A stretch of DNA of 57,858 nt from a virus (taxonomy: Duplodnaviria > Caudoviricetes), in IMG/VR virus record IMGVR_UViG_3300021197_001375, positions 1-57,858 of that record; one strand, given 5' to 3'. Below, in pieces: positions 8,305 through 18,431 of this stretch. Below the pieces are notes generated by a model. The model ran no database searches. It was given only the letters and a program-made list of their open reading frames with translations, and was not told the DNA's origin. How positions within the stretch are numbered: position 1 is the stretch's first letter; every line of letters starts with the position of its first letter. A program made the translations under genes and the position numbers.

Positions 8305-8770
8305 CTTTCCATTCCATATCCGGAAGTCCTTCAGTGTATTTTTTTCCATCAAAGGTTAAAACTTGTTTTCTGTTTGAATCTGATTCGTGATAAGATATGT
8401 GGACCCATCCCCCTGCAGGATCATCTTTGTCGTAGTACTCCATGATCAATTGATCGAAGTCTACGTTATTTTGTAGCCAGTAAGCTGTCTTAATGTTGGG
8501 CACGCCAAAGATCTCTAGGTCGACCGCCTGGCCCTTCGCGTGCTGCGAAGTCTTTTTGCTGCCGATCGCTTCACACAACGCCTCGCTCCGGTATCCGCTG
8601 GTAATCGTAACAGGTTTGTCTGCCCACGCACGTAGCGGTTCTAAAATTTCATAACAGAGATCCCCTAAACTTTTAATTTCACCAGCCCCTGGTGTGTTAT
8701 CAATGCCCTTACGTTGAGCAGTCATCGATTTGGTCATCTCTTTTAAACTAAAGTGTTTTGAAAGTTGCAT
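8288..8770 (-). CDS. Endolysin, peptidase M15A-like
   Basis: ITSGYRS, SQHAKGQAVD, WVHISY. Confidence 0.9.
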   Translation of the reverse strand: MQLSKHFSLKEMTKSMTAQRKGIDNTPGAGEIKSLGDLCYEILEPLRAWADKPVTITSGYRSEALCEAIGSKKTSQHAKGQAVDLEIFGVPNIKTAYWLQNNVDFDQLIMEYYDKDDPAGGWVHISYHESDSNRKQVLTFDGKKYTEGLPDMEWKDGRVV

Positions 8771-8898
8771 AAAATTTTTTTATTTCCTTTTCTATTATAT
8801 AGTTTTTTTGATTTAATTACACGAGATTTATACTTAGGAGTCCTGAGTTCTTTTGCATATTTATTCGAGTATGAGTTTTTTGATTGATTTTGAGCCAT
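8743..8898 (-). CDS. Small basic protein, ArfA-like pattern (51 aa)
   Basis: NKYAKELRTPKYKSRVIKSKKLYNRKG; fills the gap before the endolysin. Confidence 0.5.
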   Translation of the reverse strand: MAQNQSKNSYSNKYAKELRTPKYKSRVIKSKKLYNRKGNKKILCNFQNTLV

Positions 8899-9079
8899 CT
8901 ATATTATCCTCTAATTCTGCCATAGATTTTATGCATTGATACTTAACATGTCCATCAGGTTTTGTTCCACGCTTTGCAACCCTCTTACCTTTTAAACATT
9001 CGGACATTGATAGCTGTATACGCGCTTCCTTAATCTCTCCTTGTACAATCATAAGTAATGCTACCACTAACTCTGTCAT
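8861..9079 (-). CDS. Hypothetical protein
   Basis: 72-aa ORF, two Cys. Confidence 0.7.
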   Translation of the reverse strand: MTELVVALLMIVQGEIKEARIQLSMSECLKGKRVAKRGTKPDGHVKYQCIKSMAELEDNIDGSKSIKKLILE

Positions 9080-9457
9080 TTAATACTCTTTTCCATTTTC
9101 TCTTACCTTATCTTTTAATTCTTCAATATCAGCTAGTGCTTTATCTAACTGTTCTCTTAAAAATTGTATATTAACTTTGTTAGTCATGTTCATCTCTTGA
9201 GTCTGTTCCATTTTCTCTACGGTCTTGTAAAGATCCTCAATTAAAAATATCTGTTCCTGATCGACGGGCACTTGTTCACTTTTTTTAAGCAAATCATTTT
9301 GAAACAGCTCACGTGATGTCTCCAGCGATACTAACCTGGCCGTCAACTCGGTGTATGCAAACACGCCGGCTGCGACGAGTAAAATCAGAGAGGCGACCGT
9401 TTTCATCGGCATCTGCACGGCAGCGGATTCTGATATATTTAAAGGTTTATTACTCAT
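9080..9457 (-). CDS. TM plus coiled-coil protein (possible lysis accessory/spanin)
   Basis: One TM segment then heptads; near endolysin. Confidence 0.55.
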   Translation of the reverse strand: MSNKPLNISESAAVQMPMKTVASLILLVAAGVFAYTELTARLVSLETSRELFQNDLLKKSEQVPVDQEQIFLIEDLYKTVEKMEQTQEMNMTNKVNIQFLREQLDKALADIEELKDKVRENGKEY

Positions 9458-10019
9458 TTTCTTTTGGTTTTGGTAATGGTAATGTTATATTTTCTTCTGT
9501 CAAGTATTTAGGTATTTTTTTACTAGGGCCTATAAGTTTATCTCCCATTAAATTGACTTCTGGGTTCTCTTTTTTATATTCATCTTTCATATCATCCCAC
9601 AAACTTTGAGAATCAGCTGGTCTAGTGTTATCTCCTGTAGGATTAACACCTCTACATTTTGCCACCAATAAATCAAAGTTAGAATTGTATGCTAAACTTG
9701 GATTACTATTAACCCTACCACACATTTTCATTAACTCTAATTGTTGTTTGATTGCTACGTTTTCTTTTGAAGTTTTACAGTCTGTGCCTAAATATTTTCT
9801 GTAAGTAAATCTAAGATATTGATCTTCATGTGTATTACTATCACTATAATTATAATCAGTATCACGTCTTTCTGTACTAACTTCAAATTCTCCACATCTT
9901 ACACCATACTCGTTAAGATATTCGTTTTTAGGATATGCAGGACCAGCACAGAAAGCTAATGTAACCAACAAGGTAATTAATATTCCGGTAAAATAATAAT
10001 TCATCTTGGCTATCTCCAT
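9450..10019 (-). CDS. Exported Cys-containing hypothetical protein
   Basis: N-terminal signal/TM segment; several Cys. Confidence 0.6.
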   Translation of the reverse strand: MEIAKMNYYFTGILITLLVTLAFCAGPAYPKNEYLNEYGVRCGEFEVSTERRDTDYNYSDSNTHEDQYLRFTYRKYLGTDCKTSKENVAIKQQLELMKMCGRVNSNPSLAYNSNFDLLVAKCRGVNPTGDNTRPADSQSLWDDMKDEYKKENPEVNLMGDKLIGPSKKIPKYLTEENITLPLPKPKENE

Positions 10020-10025
10020 AATTCA

Positions 10026-10325
10026 TTACCTGTTTAAATCCTTGATATCATAGTCGTGTTCTCTGACTTGATCTGCTAGTTGTCTGTATAAATTTTCTGC
10101 CATCTGCCACGTAGATTCAGCAGAGGTTAATCTTGTGTTTTGATCTACAATTTTATCTTCAGCAACTTTTAAATCTCTTTTAAGATCTACGATCTCTTGT
10201 TGGTTTGAGTTAATAGTATCTGTAAGATTAACAATATAACGAACGCCAGTAAAAGTTCCGACCAAGACTGATGCCACGACCGGAACTAATACAAAATTCT
10301 TTTTTAATAGATCGGCTAAATTCAT
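10026..10325 (-). CDS. TM plus coiled-coil protein
   Basis: N-terminal hydrophobic helix then long heptad run. Confidence 0.6.
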   Translation of the reverse strand: MNLADLLKKNFVLVPVVASVLVGTFTGVRYIVNLTDTINSNQQEIVDLKRDLKVAEDKIVDQNTRLTSAESTWQMAENLYRQLADQVREHDYDIKDLNR

Positions 10326-10552
10326 TAGTCTTTAATCCAAAACCAACTTTTAATTTTTTGCCATATTTTTTTAATCATATTTTTCTCCTTATGTGTATGT
10401 GGAACATCTCCGTCTTTATGCGCATGAGTTACGCCATCATCGTGAGTATGCTCTACATAATTTTCCCCATGAACATGTCCACAATGCGGACATATTCTAT
10501 TTTTATTTATGGGTGCTAATACAAAACCCATTCCGCAGTTTTCACACTTCAT
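10325..10552 (-). CDS. Zinc-ribbon/His-rich protein
   Basis: CENC...CPHC then HVH, HTH, HAH, HTH. Confidence 0.65.
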   Translation of the reverse strand: MKCENCGMGFVLAPINKNRICPHCGHVHGENYVEHTHDDGVTHAHKDGDVPHTHKEKNMIKKIWQKIKSWFWIKD

Positions 10553-11196
10553 TTTTTTTTCTCCTCAATTTCGTAAAAGAATCTATCAGTATCCTCTGTT
10601 CTCCAGGCTCTACTATCTTCTACATTCCACTCATTCGTTTGCACTTTCCAGTCAGGGATTGTATCTTTTACAGTAAAAGAAGGTATATCCCATATACATC
10701 TGTTGTTAGGTTGTGCAGCAAAATTGCCATCATCTAAAGCAATTATGTGAGCGCACTTATGTTCGTGCGGGATCTCCGAATGATCAGTGTCAAGTATGTT
10801 ACTCTCTGGATGAGCAAAGTCAACCGTAAATAAATATTTCCCTGGATGCCATTTCTTATCTTTTCCTATGTATTTTCCAGCTTGTCCATCTAATATGTCC
10901 CAACGATGGACAGAAGGATAATAAGAAAAACAATTCCAGAGCTGTAGTTCATCAAGTCGTCTTGCGGGCACTCGGGATGGCTCAAATCCCTTTTGAATAA
11001 ACGCGCTAATTGGTAGGCGATAAAATATTGCGCCATTTTCCATAATAGCATGAAAAAGTATAGCCCTTCCAGTAAGAGCTGATAAGCCAAAGATAATACA
11101 GTCTTCAACTTCGCCATGATGTTTTTGTAGATCATAAAGATACTCCTTTTTTATTTGTGCATAAGTCGGTGGTATGTTTACATTTAAATAAGCCAT
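10549..11196 (-). CDS. Phage hypothetical protein
   Basis: 215-aa ORF MAYLNVNIPP...HEHKCAH...AQPNNR. Confidence 0.75.
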   Translation of the reverse strand: MAYLNVNIPPTYAQIKKEYLYDLQKHHGEVEDCIIFGLSALTGRAILFHAIMENGAIFYRLPISAFIQKGFEPSRVPARRLDELQLWNCFSYYPSVHRWDILDGQAGKYIGKDKKWHPGKYLFTVDFAHPESNILDTDHSEIPHEHKCAHIIALDDGNFAAQPNNRCIWDIPSFTVKDTIPDWKVQTNEWNVEDSRAWRTEDTDRFFYEIEEKKK

Positions 11197-11202
11197 AATA
11201 AA

Positions 11203-11649
11203 TCATTTTGTTTGTTTTACTGCCCCTACTAAAACTTGTTTTTGTTCGTAGGATGGAACTGCATAATGCAATATTTTAGCATCAAAAACAATTATTTTTC
11301 CTTTCTCTGGTATAAATTTTTTATTAACTGGTTTTTTTAAATATGTATACCCATCTGCGTCATTTAAATACAATATAAAACTGTATTCATCAGGTGGATG
11401 AGTATGTTCCTCTTGATATCCACCTTTGTCATATTTTATATAATGTATATGAAAAACATTTTCATACATTTTATTAGCAGGGATTATTTTTTTAAGTAAA
11501 TCAAAATTAAATAATTTAATTATATTCTCAGTCTGAAATCCTTTATGAGTGCAAGTAACATTTGAAACACTTGGACCATCATATTCTTTTATTATTTGTA
11601 AAATTTGATCAACTATTTTATTATCTATCTTATATTCTAAACAGAACAT
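11203..11649 (-). CDS. 2OG-Fe(II) oxygenase
   Basis: QEEHTH, SFILYLND, HYAVP. Confidence 0.8.
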   Translation of the reverse strand: MFCLEYKIDNKIVDQILQIIKEYDGPSVSNVTCTHKGFQTENIIKLFNFDLLKKIIPANKMYENVFHIHYIKYDKGGYQEEHTHPPDEYSFILYLNDADGYTYLKKPVNKKFIPEKGKIIVFDAKILHYAVPSYEQKQVLVGAVKQTK

Positions 11650-11650
11650 T

Positions 11651-13588
11651 TTATTTGATAGACCCCCAGTTAGGCCCTGATTCATAATCAACCTTGTTAG
11701 GAATTTTTAAGTCTACTGCATTTTCCATTACATCTTTTATTTTAGCTGCTTCTAAATCATTGATAACAGATATATCTAATTCATCATGCACCTGAATATG
11801 TGGTGTAATACCTTCTTTGTATAATTCTAACATAGCTTTCTTAGTCATGTCAGCAGCGGATCCTTGTATTAATTTATTTAACGCCTTGTATGTAAATGCT
11901 CTACGTGTAGGATTGTTATGCCAATAATTTTTTTTAGGATTACCATCTTTATCATTTAAAGTTTCTCCTTCATCATTTTTTAAATGTGGACCCATTTTTT
12001 GTAAATCTTGCATACGTTCTTCATCCTCTGGTGGAATATATTTTCCCCAATCTGATCCTCTAAGTATAGGTTCATATTTTGGAAAACGACAACGTCTGCC
12101 TAACAAAGTTTTAATCTGACCTTTTTTAGTTCCGGCTTTCATAACTTCATTCATTAATTGTTTTACAAAAGGAACTTTAGTGTGATACTTATTAAATAGT
12201 TCTTCCGCTTTAAATTTAGATACACCTAACTCTGCTTGTAATTTAGCTTTACCCATACCATAGAACAAACCCAAATTGATCACCTTTGCTTGTGAACGTG
12301 GTATTTCTGCCATTTCTGCTACGATTTTGTGAAAGTCGGTCGAAGGGTCTGTGTCATAAGAATCAGCAATTGTATTTACAGATGGCAATCCATAACGTAA
12401 TGCATAGTGTGCTACAAGTCTTGGTTCTTGTTGCGAGTAGTCAAAACAACCCCACTTACAACCTTCTTCAGGTATAAATAAACTTCTTATCATTGGACCT
12501 AACACAGGATCTCGTGCAGGAATTTGTTGTAAGTTTGGATTTGAATATGAAAAACGTCCAGTGATAGTTCCGCCATCATCCGATCTAATTTGATTTATCT
12601 CAGCATGTATTCTACCTTTGTGTTCAAATTTTAATATCGTATCTATAAACGTTGTATTTATTTTATTAATCTTTCTTGCTTCAGCTATCTTTTGTATGAT
12701 AGGATGTGTATGATTAGAAAGGAAATTTTTAGTGAATGAAGGCTCATTGGATTTTGCAGTACGTTCGTAAGATAAATTTAATTTTTGAAAAACTTTTTCA
12801 ATTGATCTTGCTGCCCATATTTGAATATCTTCTCCTGTTTGTTTTTGAATTTCTCGCAATAACGATTGCTCTTGTGCAATCAATTCCGTACGCAAGTTAT
12901 AAGCTCTTTCAGTATCTACACGAACGCCTAAAAAACGCATGTCAACGAGACAAGGAAAAAGATCCGTTTCTAGATTAAAAATATTTTCTAAATCATTCTC
13001 AATCATTAATTTTTTTACATGTTGCCAAAGTTTAAAAGTTAGTTCGGCATCTTTTTCTGCATATGCTCCTACTTCCTGTGCAGGTAGCCGCCACATATCC
13101 GCTTTAGCATCTAGTCCTCTTGATTTAGCAGCTTCATTTAGTGCTCTTTCATTTTTACCTTCATTTAAAAAATGCCAAGACAAAGTATTCAGCGTATAAG
13201 AAAATCTGTTTTCATCTAAAAGTGAACATGCAATCATAGTGTCGACTACTAAACCATTAATTTTTAAACCTAAATTACGTATCCATGATACGTCATACAT
13301 AGCGTTATGAAATATTTTTGTAGCAGGGCATTCAAGAATATCTTTAAACCATTCTAAAGTACGTTTACGATCCATGTTTGGACCTTCCCCATGAGCTATT
13401 GGAAAATACCATTTATCATTATAAGTAGCGACAGCTATACCTACAACTTCTCCATTATTTATAACAGCACCTGATCCTTTTGATTTTAAATCTGGATCTC
13501 TTGTTTCTAAGTCAATGGCTATTTCATCATAAGATCTTAGATCTGGATATTCTGTAGGTTGTACCCATTCTGTTTGAGGTAATATCAT
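11651..13588 (-). CDS. polA: Family A DNA polymerase with 3'-5' exonuclease (Leu762 type)
   Basis: IDLET, HNAMYD, DYSQQEPR, KVINLGLFYG, QVHDEL. Confidence 0.97.
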   Translation of the reverse strand: MILPQTEWVQPTEYPDLRSYDEIAIDLETRDPDLKSKGSGAVINNGEVVGIAVATYNDKWYFPIAHGEGPNMDRKRTLEWFKDILECPATKIFHNAMYDVSWIRNLGLKINGLVVDTMIACSLLDENRFSYTLNTLSWHFLNEGKNERALNEAAKSRGLDAKADMWRLPAQEVGAYAEKDAELTFKLWQHVKKLMIENDLENIFNLETDLFPCLVDMRFLGVRVDTERAYNLRTELIAQEQSLLREIQKQTGEDIQIWAARSIEKVFQKLNLSYERTAKSNEPSFTKNFLSNHTHPIIQKIAEARKINKINTTFIDTILKFEHKGRIHAEINQIRSDDGGTITGRFSYSNPNLQQIPARDPVLGPMIRSLFIPEEGCKWGCFDYSQQEPRLVAHYALRYGLPSVNTIADSYDTDPSTDFHKIVAEMAEIPRSQAKVINLGLFYGMGKAKLQAELGVSKFKAEELFNKYHTKVPFVKQLMNEVMKAGTKKGQIKTLLGRRCRFPKYEPILRGSDWGKYIPPEDEERMQDLQKMGPHLKNDEGETLNDKDGNPKKNYWHNNPTRRAFTYKALNKLIQGSAADMTKKAMLELYKEGITPHIQVHDELDISVINDLEAAKIKDVMENAVDLKIPNKVDYESGPNWGSIK

Positions 13589-13827
13589 TTTTTTGTATCT
13601 TTAATTTTTAACATTTCTAATTGACAATAATGTATAATTTTTTCTAAGTCTTGTATGCCTCCCTTACGTTTGTATCTACAAACATATTTAATAATATTAC
13701 CTTGAAAAAAAGATAATTCATTTTTAGAAATAAATTCGTATGGCTGAATAGGAAACTTGGTGTAGTGATTCCCACCTACCTGGGTGTATTGTGGAAATGA
13801 TTCTTTAAATATATCTTTATTTGTCAT
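13585..13827 (-). CDS. DUF3310/T7 gp1.7-like protein
   Basis: QVGGNHY, GNIIKYVCRY..KGGIQDLEK. Confidence 0.85.
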   Translation of the reverse strand: MTNKDIFKESFPQYTQVGGNHYTKFPIQPYEFISKNELSFFQGNIIKYVCRYKRKGGIQDLEKIIHYCQLEMLKIKDTKK

Positions 13828-15251
13828 AGTTCGTACTCCTTTAATTTCTTTTTAGCTTTTAATTTATATAGATTATTTCTCGCTCTCGTAATGCCAACAT
13901 ACCACACTCTATGCTCCTCATCTTGTTTGTCAATACTTAATCGTACTCCTTGCTGAACTTTACTACCTTGATGCAAAGATAAAATTACATTGTCTTCTTC
14001 ACCACCTTTTATGGCATGAATTGTTGATAACCATATACGCGCTTTTTCATTTAATTTTTCACCTGATGAAATTAAATTTCTTAAATATAAAATTTCTTTT
14101 TGATCTGCTGCAAACTTATCATACCAAGGAACTTTAATATCCCAGTTGCCATTTGGTATATAATCTTTCACTGCATTTATTTCTTTTTCATTTAATATTT
14201 CATCCATACTCCATTTTGTATAAGCGGCAGCTGCTTCATACATACCTACCTTAAAACTTTTACCTTTGTTGCTTTGATAATAATAATTTTTATTTTTTAA
14301 ATCTTTCATAATATCTAACAAATTACTTTTAGTTCGTGTTAGTATTAACCACTTACCCTTAGATAAATCCACCTGGTGTAGATCAGAAATATATTTTGTT
14401 TCTCCTCTAACTTTTCTAGGTAGATAGCTCTTATGTTTCCTGATGCCTGATATACGACTTACTGGTATGGTTGATTGTTCTTGCACAGCTTTTGATATAC
14501 GTTTTGAATAACGTAAAATTTTTTCTTTAGCAGGTTCTTTTATAAATCTATTAACATCAGCTCCAGCCCAAGCATAAATGGCTTGATCATCATCGCCTGC
14601 CAAATAAATTTGATCACAATGTTCTTTTAATTTATCATACAATTGCCATTGTAATGGTGATAAATCTTGTGCTTCATCAATAAATATAGCTTTAAATTGT
14701 GGTATTTTATCTGAATCAACCACTTGTTTTATCATGTCATTGAAATCTAAAATGGTATTTTTTTCTTTATAAGTTTTTAAATTAATATGAATGTGTTTTA
14801 AGGTATCCCAATCAATATCTTTTTTATCATGTTCATTTTTGTCAAACTCTTCTCTAATATCTATATCTTTATTAATTGCTTTTTGAATCATTTGAAAATA
14901 TGGATTGTTACATGTTAAGAAATGTGTCTCTTCTTCATTGTATTTATCAGTGAAAGAAACTCTAATACCTAATTTTTTACCTAAATCTTCGTAATGATAA
15001 GGTTGAATTACATCTTCATCTTTTAATCCAAGTAAGTGATAACAAAATGCGTGTATAGTTTGAAAATATGGAACTTTCTTTTCTGATACACCTATCCTTT
15101 CTCTTGCTTCTTGTGCAGCTTTTTTAGTAAAAGCAAAATAACCTATCTTATGTAAAGGCACACCTTTACGAACATAAGCTTTAACACGTCTAATTAATCT
15201 AAAAGTTTTACCTGTACCAGGTGGTCCGTATATTTTATTGATCTTTTCCAT
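13824..15251 (-). CDS. SF1 UvrD/Rep-like helicase
   Basis: GPPGTGKT, DEAQD, GDDDQAIY, STIHAIKGGE, YVGITRAR. Confidence 0.93.
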   Translation of the reverse strand: MEKINKIYGPPGTGKTFRLIRRVKAYVRKGVPLHKIGYFAFTKKAAQEARERIGVSEKKVPYFQTIHAFCYHLLGLKDEDVIQPYHYEDLGKKLGIRVSFTDKYNEEETHFLTCNNPYFQMIQKAINKDIDIREEFDKNEHDKKDIDWDTLKHIHINLKTYKEKNTILDFNDMIKQVVDSDKIPQFKAIFIDEAQDLSPLQWQLYDKLKEHCDQIYLAGDDDQAIYAWAGADVNRFIKEPAKEKILRYSKRISKAVQEQSTIPVSRISGIRKHKSYLPRKVRGETKYISDLHQVDLSKGKWLILTRTKSNLLDIMKDLKNKNYYYQSNKGKSFKVGMYEAAAAYTKWSMDEILNEKEINAVKDYIPNGNWDIKVPWYDKFAADQKEILYLRNLISSGEKLNEKARIWLSTIHAIKGGEEDNVILSLHQGSKVQQGVRLSIDKQDEEHRVWYVGITRARNNLYKLKAKKKLKEYEL

Positions 15252-15936
15252 TAGCTTTCTTAAATCCATCTGCTAATGATCCAGTCCAACCATATGATCC
15301 ATGGTGCGTGGTTTTACCATCAACAATTCCATAAAATTTAAAACCAGATTTTCTAATTAAATTACAAAAATTAACATCTTCACCCCACCATGTGCCGTCT
15401 TTACTAAAAGTTGTATCCCAAAAATTATAAAAATATGTATTTGCTTTTTCAGATATAATCTCTTTTTGTTTTATTTTTAAATGTGGATTGTCTTTGATTA
15501 ATTTTTCATAAACTTTTCTATGAATTAAAGTTAACCCTGCAGGTCCAACTTTTAATTCTACAATACCTTTTTCATCTATTTTAATATCCAAAGGATTGTC
15601 AAACTCTACAGAAAATTTAACAACGTTATCTTGTGTTTTTTTTCTGTATGGCACACAGATAGCATCCTTTTGAGCTATGATCATACGCCCTACTACGTCC
15701 GGTTCAAACTCCATATCTGCATCTACAAATAATTGATAATCAAAACCTGATTCTAAAAACATTGCAGTCAATACATTTCTACCATAACCTACGTATGGAC
15801 ATTTGAATGTTCCAATCTCTGCTTTTATTTTTGCAAGAGTAAATTTATTAAATAACTTAACCAATGATAAACAAGTTGATACCTGCATTAAATCATATGT
15901 TGGCATTGATATATAAACACTAGGTGCTTTCGTCAT
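15235..15936 (-). CDS. GT-A-like glycosyltransferase
   Basis: FVDADM DxD motif, GEDVNFC. Confidence 0.7.
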   Translation of the reverse strand: MTKAPSVYISMPTYDLMQVSTCLSLVKLFNKFTLAKIKAEIGTFKCPYVGYGRNVLTAMFLESGFDYQLFVDADMEFEPDVVGRMIIAQKDAICVPYRKKTQDNVVKFSVEFDNPLDIKIDEKGIVELKVGPAGLTLIHRKVYEKLIKDNPHLKIKQKEIISEKANTYFYNFWDTTFSKDGTWWGEDVNFCNLIRKSGFKFYGIVDGKTTHHGSYGWTGSLADGFKKANGKDQ

Positions 15937-17561
15937 ACTATATTCTCCTTATCTTCTATTTCTATTATTTCTTCTGGTACTTCCTCTTTTTCTAAACCTT
16001 CCTTAGGAAGTTTTAAAACTCGTAATGGTGGAAAAGAGTCTTCGTTATCTCCTTTAGGAAATCTTTTTTGACAATCAAATTCGCCTTTAAAATATTGCTT
16101 AACCATTGTAGCCGTTCGTGCTCGCTCTTGATTCCAATCACCTCGTTTTAATTCATCATAAAATTTATCATATATAAAATAAAAATGTTGGTCTTCGTGT
16201 AAAACAGAACCACTTTTAAACGCAGCGTATGTTCCAGCTTTGGGTCCATTAACATAATTAAATAATTCTTTCTTTAACATATCAATAGGATTTGTCCCTG
16301 CTGGTGGTTGTATTGTTTCCATTGTTGCCCACAATCCATTTAATATATTTTGATATTCTTTTTCTTTTATACTTGGTGGGTATGTAGTTGTATGATCTGC
16401 AATCAAACTACGCATCTGTTTCATTTCATTAAATTGTTTTATACTTTTTGCATGTACTTGAACTATTTTATCTGCAGCTACCTCTACATTAAAAAAATAT
16501 TCATGATCAGGCTTGTACATTATTCTAATTAAACCTGATACAGATGGCCACTGCGAATCAAAGTGACCACCAATACCAAATTTTCTCTTAAGACACGTTC
16601 CCCTCGCGCAATAAGATGAAATAGGTAAATCATTACACTTGAATCCTGCAGTATCTTTTTTCCAATATTTTATTTTTTCTTCTACTTTAGAATCTCCCCA
16701 TACGTCATCATAAACAATATATGCCCTAGCTGCTTCTAAAACTTTTTTACCCCAGTTCTCACTAAATTTTTTTTTAGCAAACACCATGTAGTTATATAAA
16801 AATCTATCTCTTTCATCTTTTAGTTTGTTGCTTGATTCCTGTATCTCTTTGCAAATCATCTGTAAACAAGGAGGGCCGTCAGAAAATTCTTCGGGACCAC
16901 CCGTCAATACTTCTTTTATTTTTTTATTACTTACTTCTTGCAAGCTATCTTTTGTTTGTAAATTAGCCTCTATTACTTTTAAGAAATAATTTAAATCCAT
17001 TTTACTGCCATCAAGTTTAAATGCTTTTCTATCTTCACTATTAAAGTAAGGTAAGTTTATAAAACTACCTGTAGTTCGTTCGCCATTTTGATTTTTACCT
17101 AACGTTGTTTGTTTAGGAAATATTTCTGTTTTAGCTGGTAGACCAAATAAAAATAATAGATTAGATAAAAATTCTCTAATTAAAGATGCAGGTACTTTTT
17201 CTTTTGTAAAAACATATATGTGTAGTCCACCACTTTTAGATTCTATAGGTACGACTGGTAAATTTTTAGACTCAATAACTTTTAAATATTTTTGTAAATT
17301 AAATTTTTCATAATCATCTGGATCGATATCTATTGCACCAAAACTAGCATTACCTTCATCATCACAAGCTTGTAATCCTATTGATTTTTTACCTTTTAAA
17401 TGATCTTCGTAATCTCTTTCTGTTATATTTCTTTTAGCCCAACCATAATCTCCAGGATCAAATTTTAATTTGTTAGTCTTAGGGTCATGGTATCCGTTAT
17501 GTACATTACAGAAACCAAAATCTCTTTTTAATCCGCTAAAATATTTTTCAAAATCTTTCAT
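15933..17561 (-). CDS. AEP primase-polymerase
   Basis: AIDID, SKSGGLHIY, INLPY; C-terminal accessory domains. Confidence 0.85.
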   Translation of the reverse strand: MKDFEKYFSGLKRDFGFCNVHNGYHDPKTNKLKFDPGDYGWAKRNITERDYEDHLKGKKSIGLQACDDEGNASFGAIDIDPDDYEKFNLQKYLKVIESKNLPVVPIESKSGGLHIYVFTKEKVPASLIREFLSNLLFLFGLPAKTEIFPKQTTLGKNQNGERTTGSFINLPYFNSEDRKAFKLDGSKMDLNYFLKVIEANLQTKDSLQEVSNKKIKEVLTGGPEEFSDGPPCLQMICKEIQESSNKLKDERDRFLYNYMVFAKKKFSENWGKKVLEAARAYIVYDDVWGDSKVEEKIKYWKKDTAGFKCNDLPISSYCARGTCLKRKFGIGGHFDSQWPSVSGLIRIMYKPDHEYFFNVEVAADKIVQVHAKSIKQFNEMKQMRSLIADHTTTYPPSIKEKEYQNILNGLWATMETIQPPAGTNPIDMLKKELFNYVNGPKAGTYAAFKSGSVLHEDQHFYFIYDKFYDELKRGDWNQERARTATMVKQYFKGEFDCQKRFPKGDNEDSFPPLRVLKLPKEGLEKEEVPEEIIEIEDKENIV

Positions 17562-17568
17562 AATAAAT

Positions 17569-17600
17569 CAGGGCGCTTCTACTCTCGCTTCAGCGCCCTG
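17569..17600 (-). terminator. GC-rich hairpin after SSB-like gene
   Basis: CAGGGCGCT...AGCGCCCTG followed by ATTTATT on the minus strand. Confidence 0.55.
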
Positions 17601-17628
17601 CTTGCAAGTGTACTTAACAAGTACTCGG

Positions 17629-18399
17629 TTATACAATGTCTCCAGTATTTTTAGATGCTTCGTATTTTGGTTTTGCTGCACCTTTAGATACTGATTTCTG
17701 AAGTTGTTGTGCAACTTCATATACTTCAGCATCTTGTTTTTTACTGACATCAAGATTTCTAACTCTTGATGGTTTGTAGACATGCCAGCTTTTACTACCT
17801 GCTGTCTTACCCATAGTTTTTAAATTATAAACTGCTGAGTATGCAGCTGGATTAAAAGAACCCTCTGAATCTGAGAATCTAAGATTCTTAATCAGATTAT
17901 TAAGTTCTCTTGCTGGTGTAAGATTAGAAGATCTCATAGCCATTACTGCAGGTCTTGTCTCTCCATCTACTAACGCTAGTACATAGAAGTATGCAGTCTT
18001 TTCTACATAGTTACCATTTGGTAATCTATATCTTCCATTTCTTTCTTCAACAGCATCTGCTGGAATCTCTAAATGAGTTCCGACTGGAGCTGAAACACTA
18101 TCGCCTCTCTCCTGCCATTCAGGGTATCTAGTTTGTGAATGTGCAACAACCACATCTAGTCCCTTGTTTCCATCAATAAGTTGCGTGAAGCCTGCTGCAT
18201 ATATCATGCCAGGTTTAGCACCATCAACGTACTTTGGATCTCTCTCATTACATTCTGGTGAAAGTTGATGAAGAATTTTTAAGATCGGAGTTGATACATC
18301 GTCTGATCTAATTTCTTCAGTTCCTTTGCCACCATCTGCTCTAAGATTAATAGTTGCAAGTGATCCTGCACTATTTTTTTTTACTACTTCTTTATCCAT
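17629..18399 (-). CDS. Putative ssDNA-binding/annealing protein
   Basis: PILKILHQLSPE...GAKPGMIY pattern; position next to primase and helicase. Confidence 0.55.
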   Translation of the reverse strand: MDKEVVKKNSAGSLATINLRADGGKGTEEIRSDDVSTPILKILHQLSPECNERDPKYVDGAKPGMIYAAGFTQLIDGNKGLDVVVAHSQTRYPEWQERGDSVSAPVGTHLEIPADAVEERNGRYRLPNGNYVEKTAYFYVLALVDGETRPAVMAMRSSNLTPARELNNLIKNLRFSDSEGSFNPAAYSAVYNLKTMGKTAGSKSWHVYKPSRVRNLDVSKKQDAEVYEVAQQLQKSVSKGAAKPKYEASKNTGDIV

Positions 18400-18431
18400 A
18401 TTTACTCCTTAATGTTTGTTAGTTTAGTAGT

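Noticed and set aside
9450-10019. Outer-membrane spanin lipoprotein
   Set aside because: LAFC is a poor lipobox and the protein is longer than typical o-spanins; left as exported hypothetical
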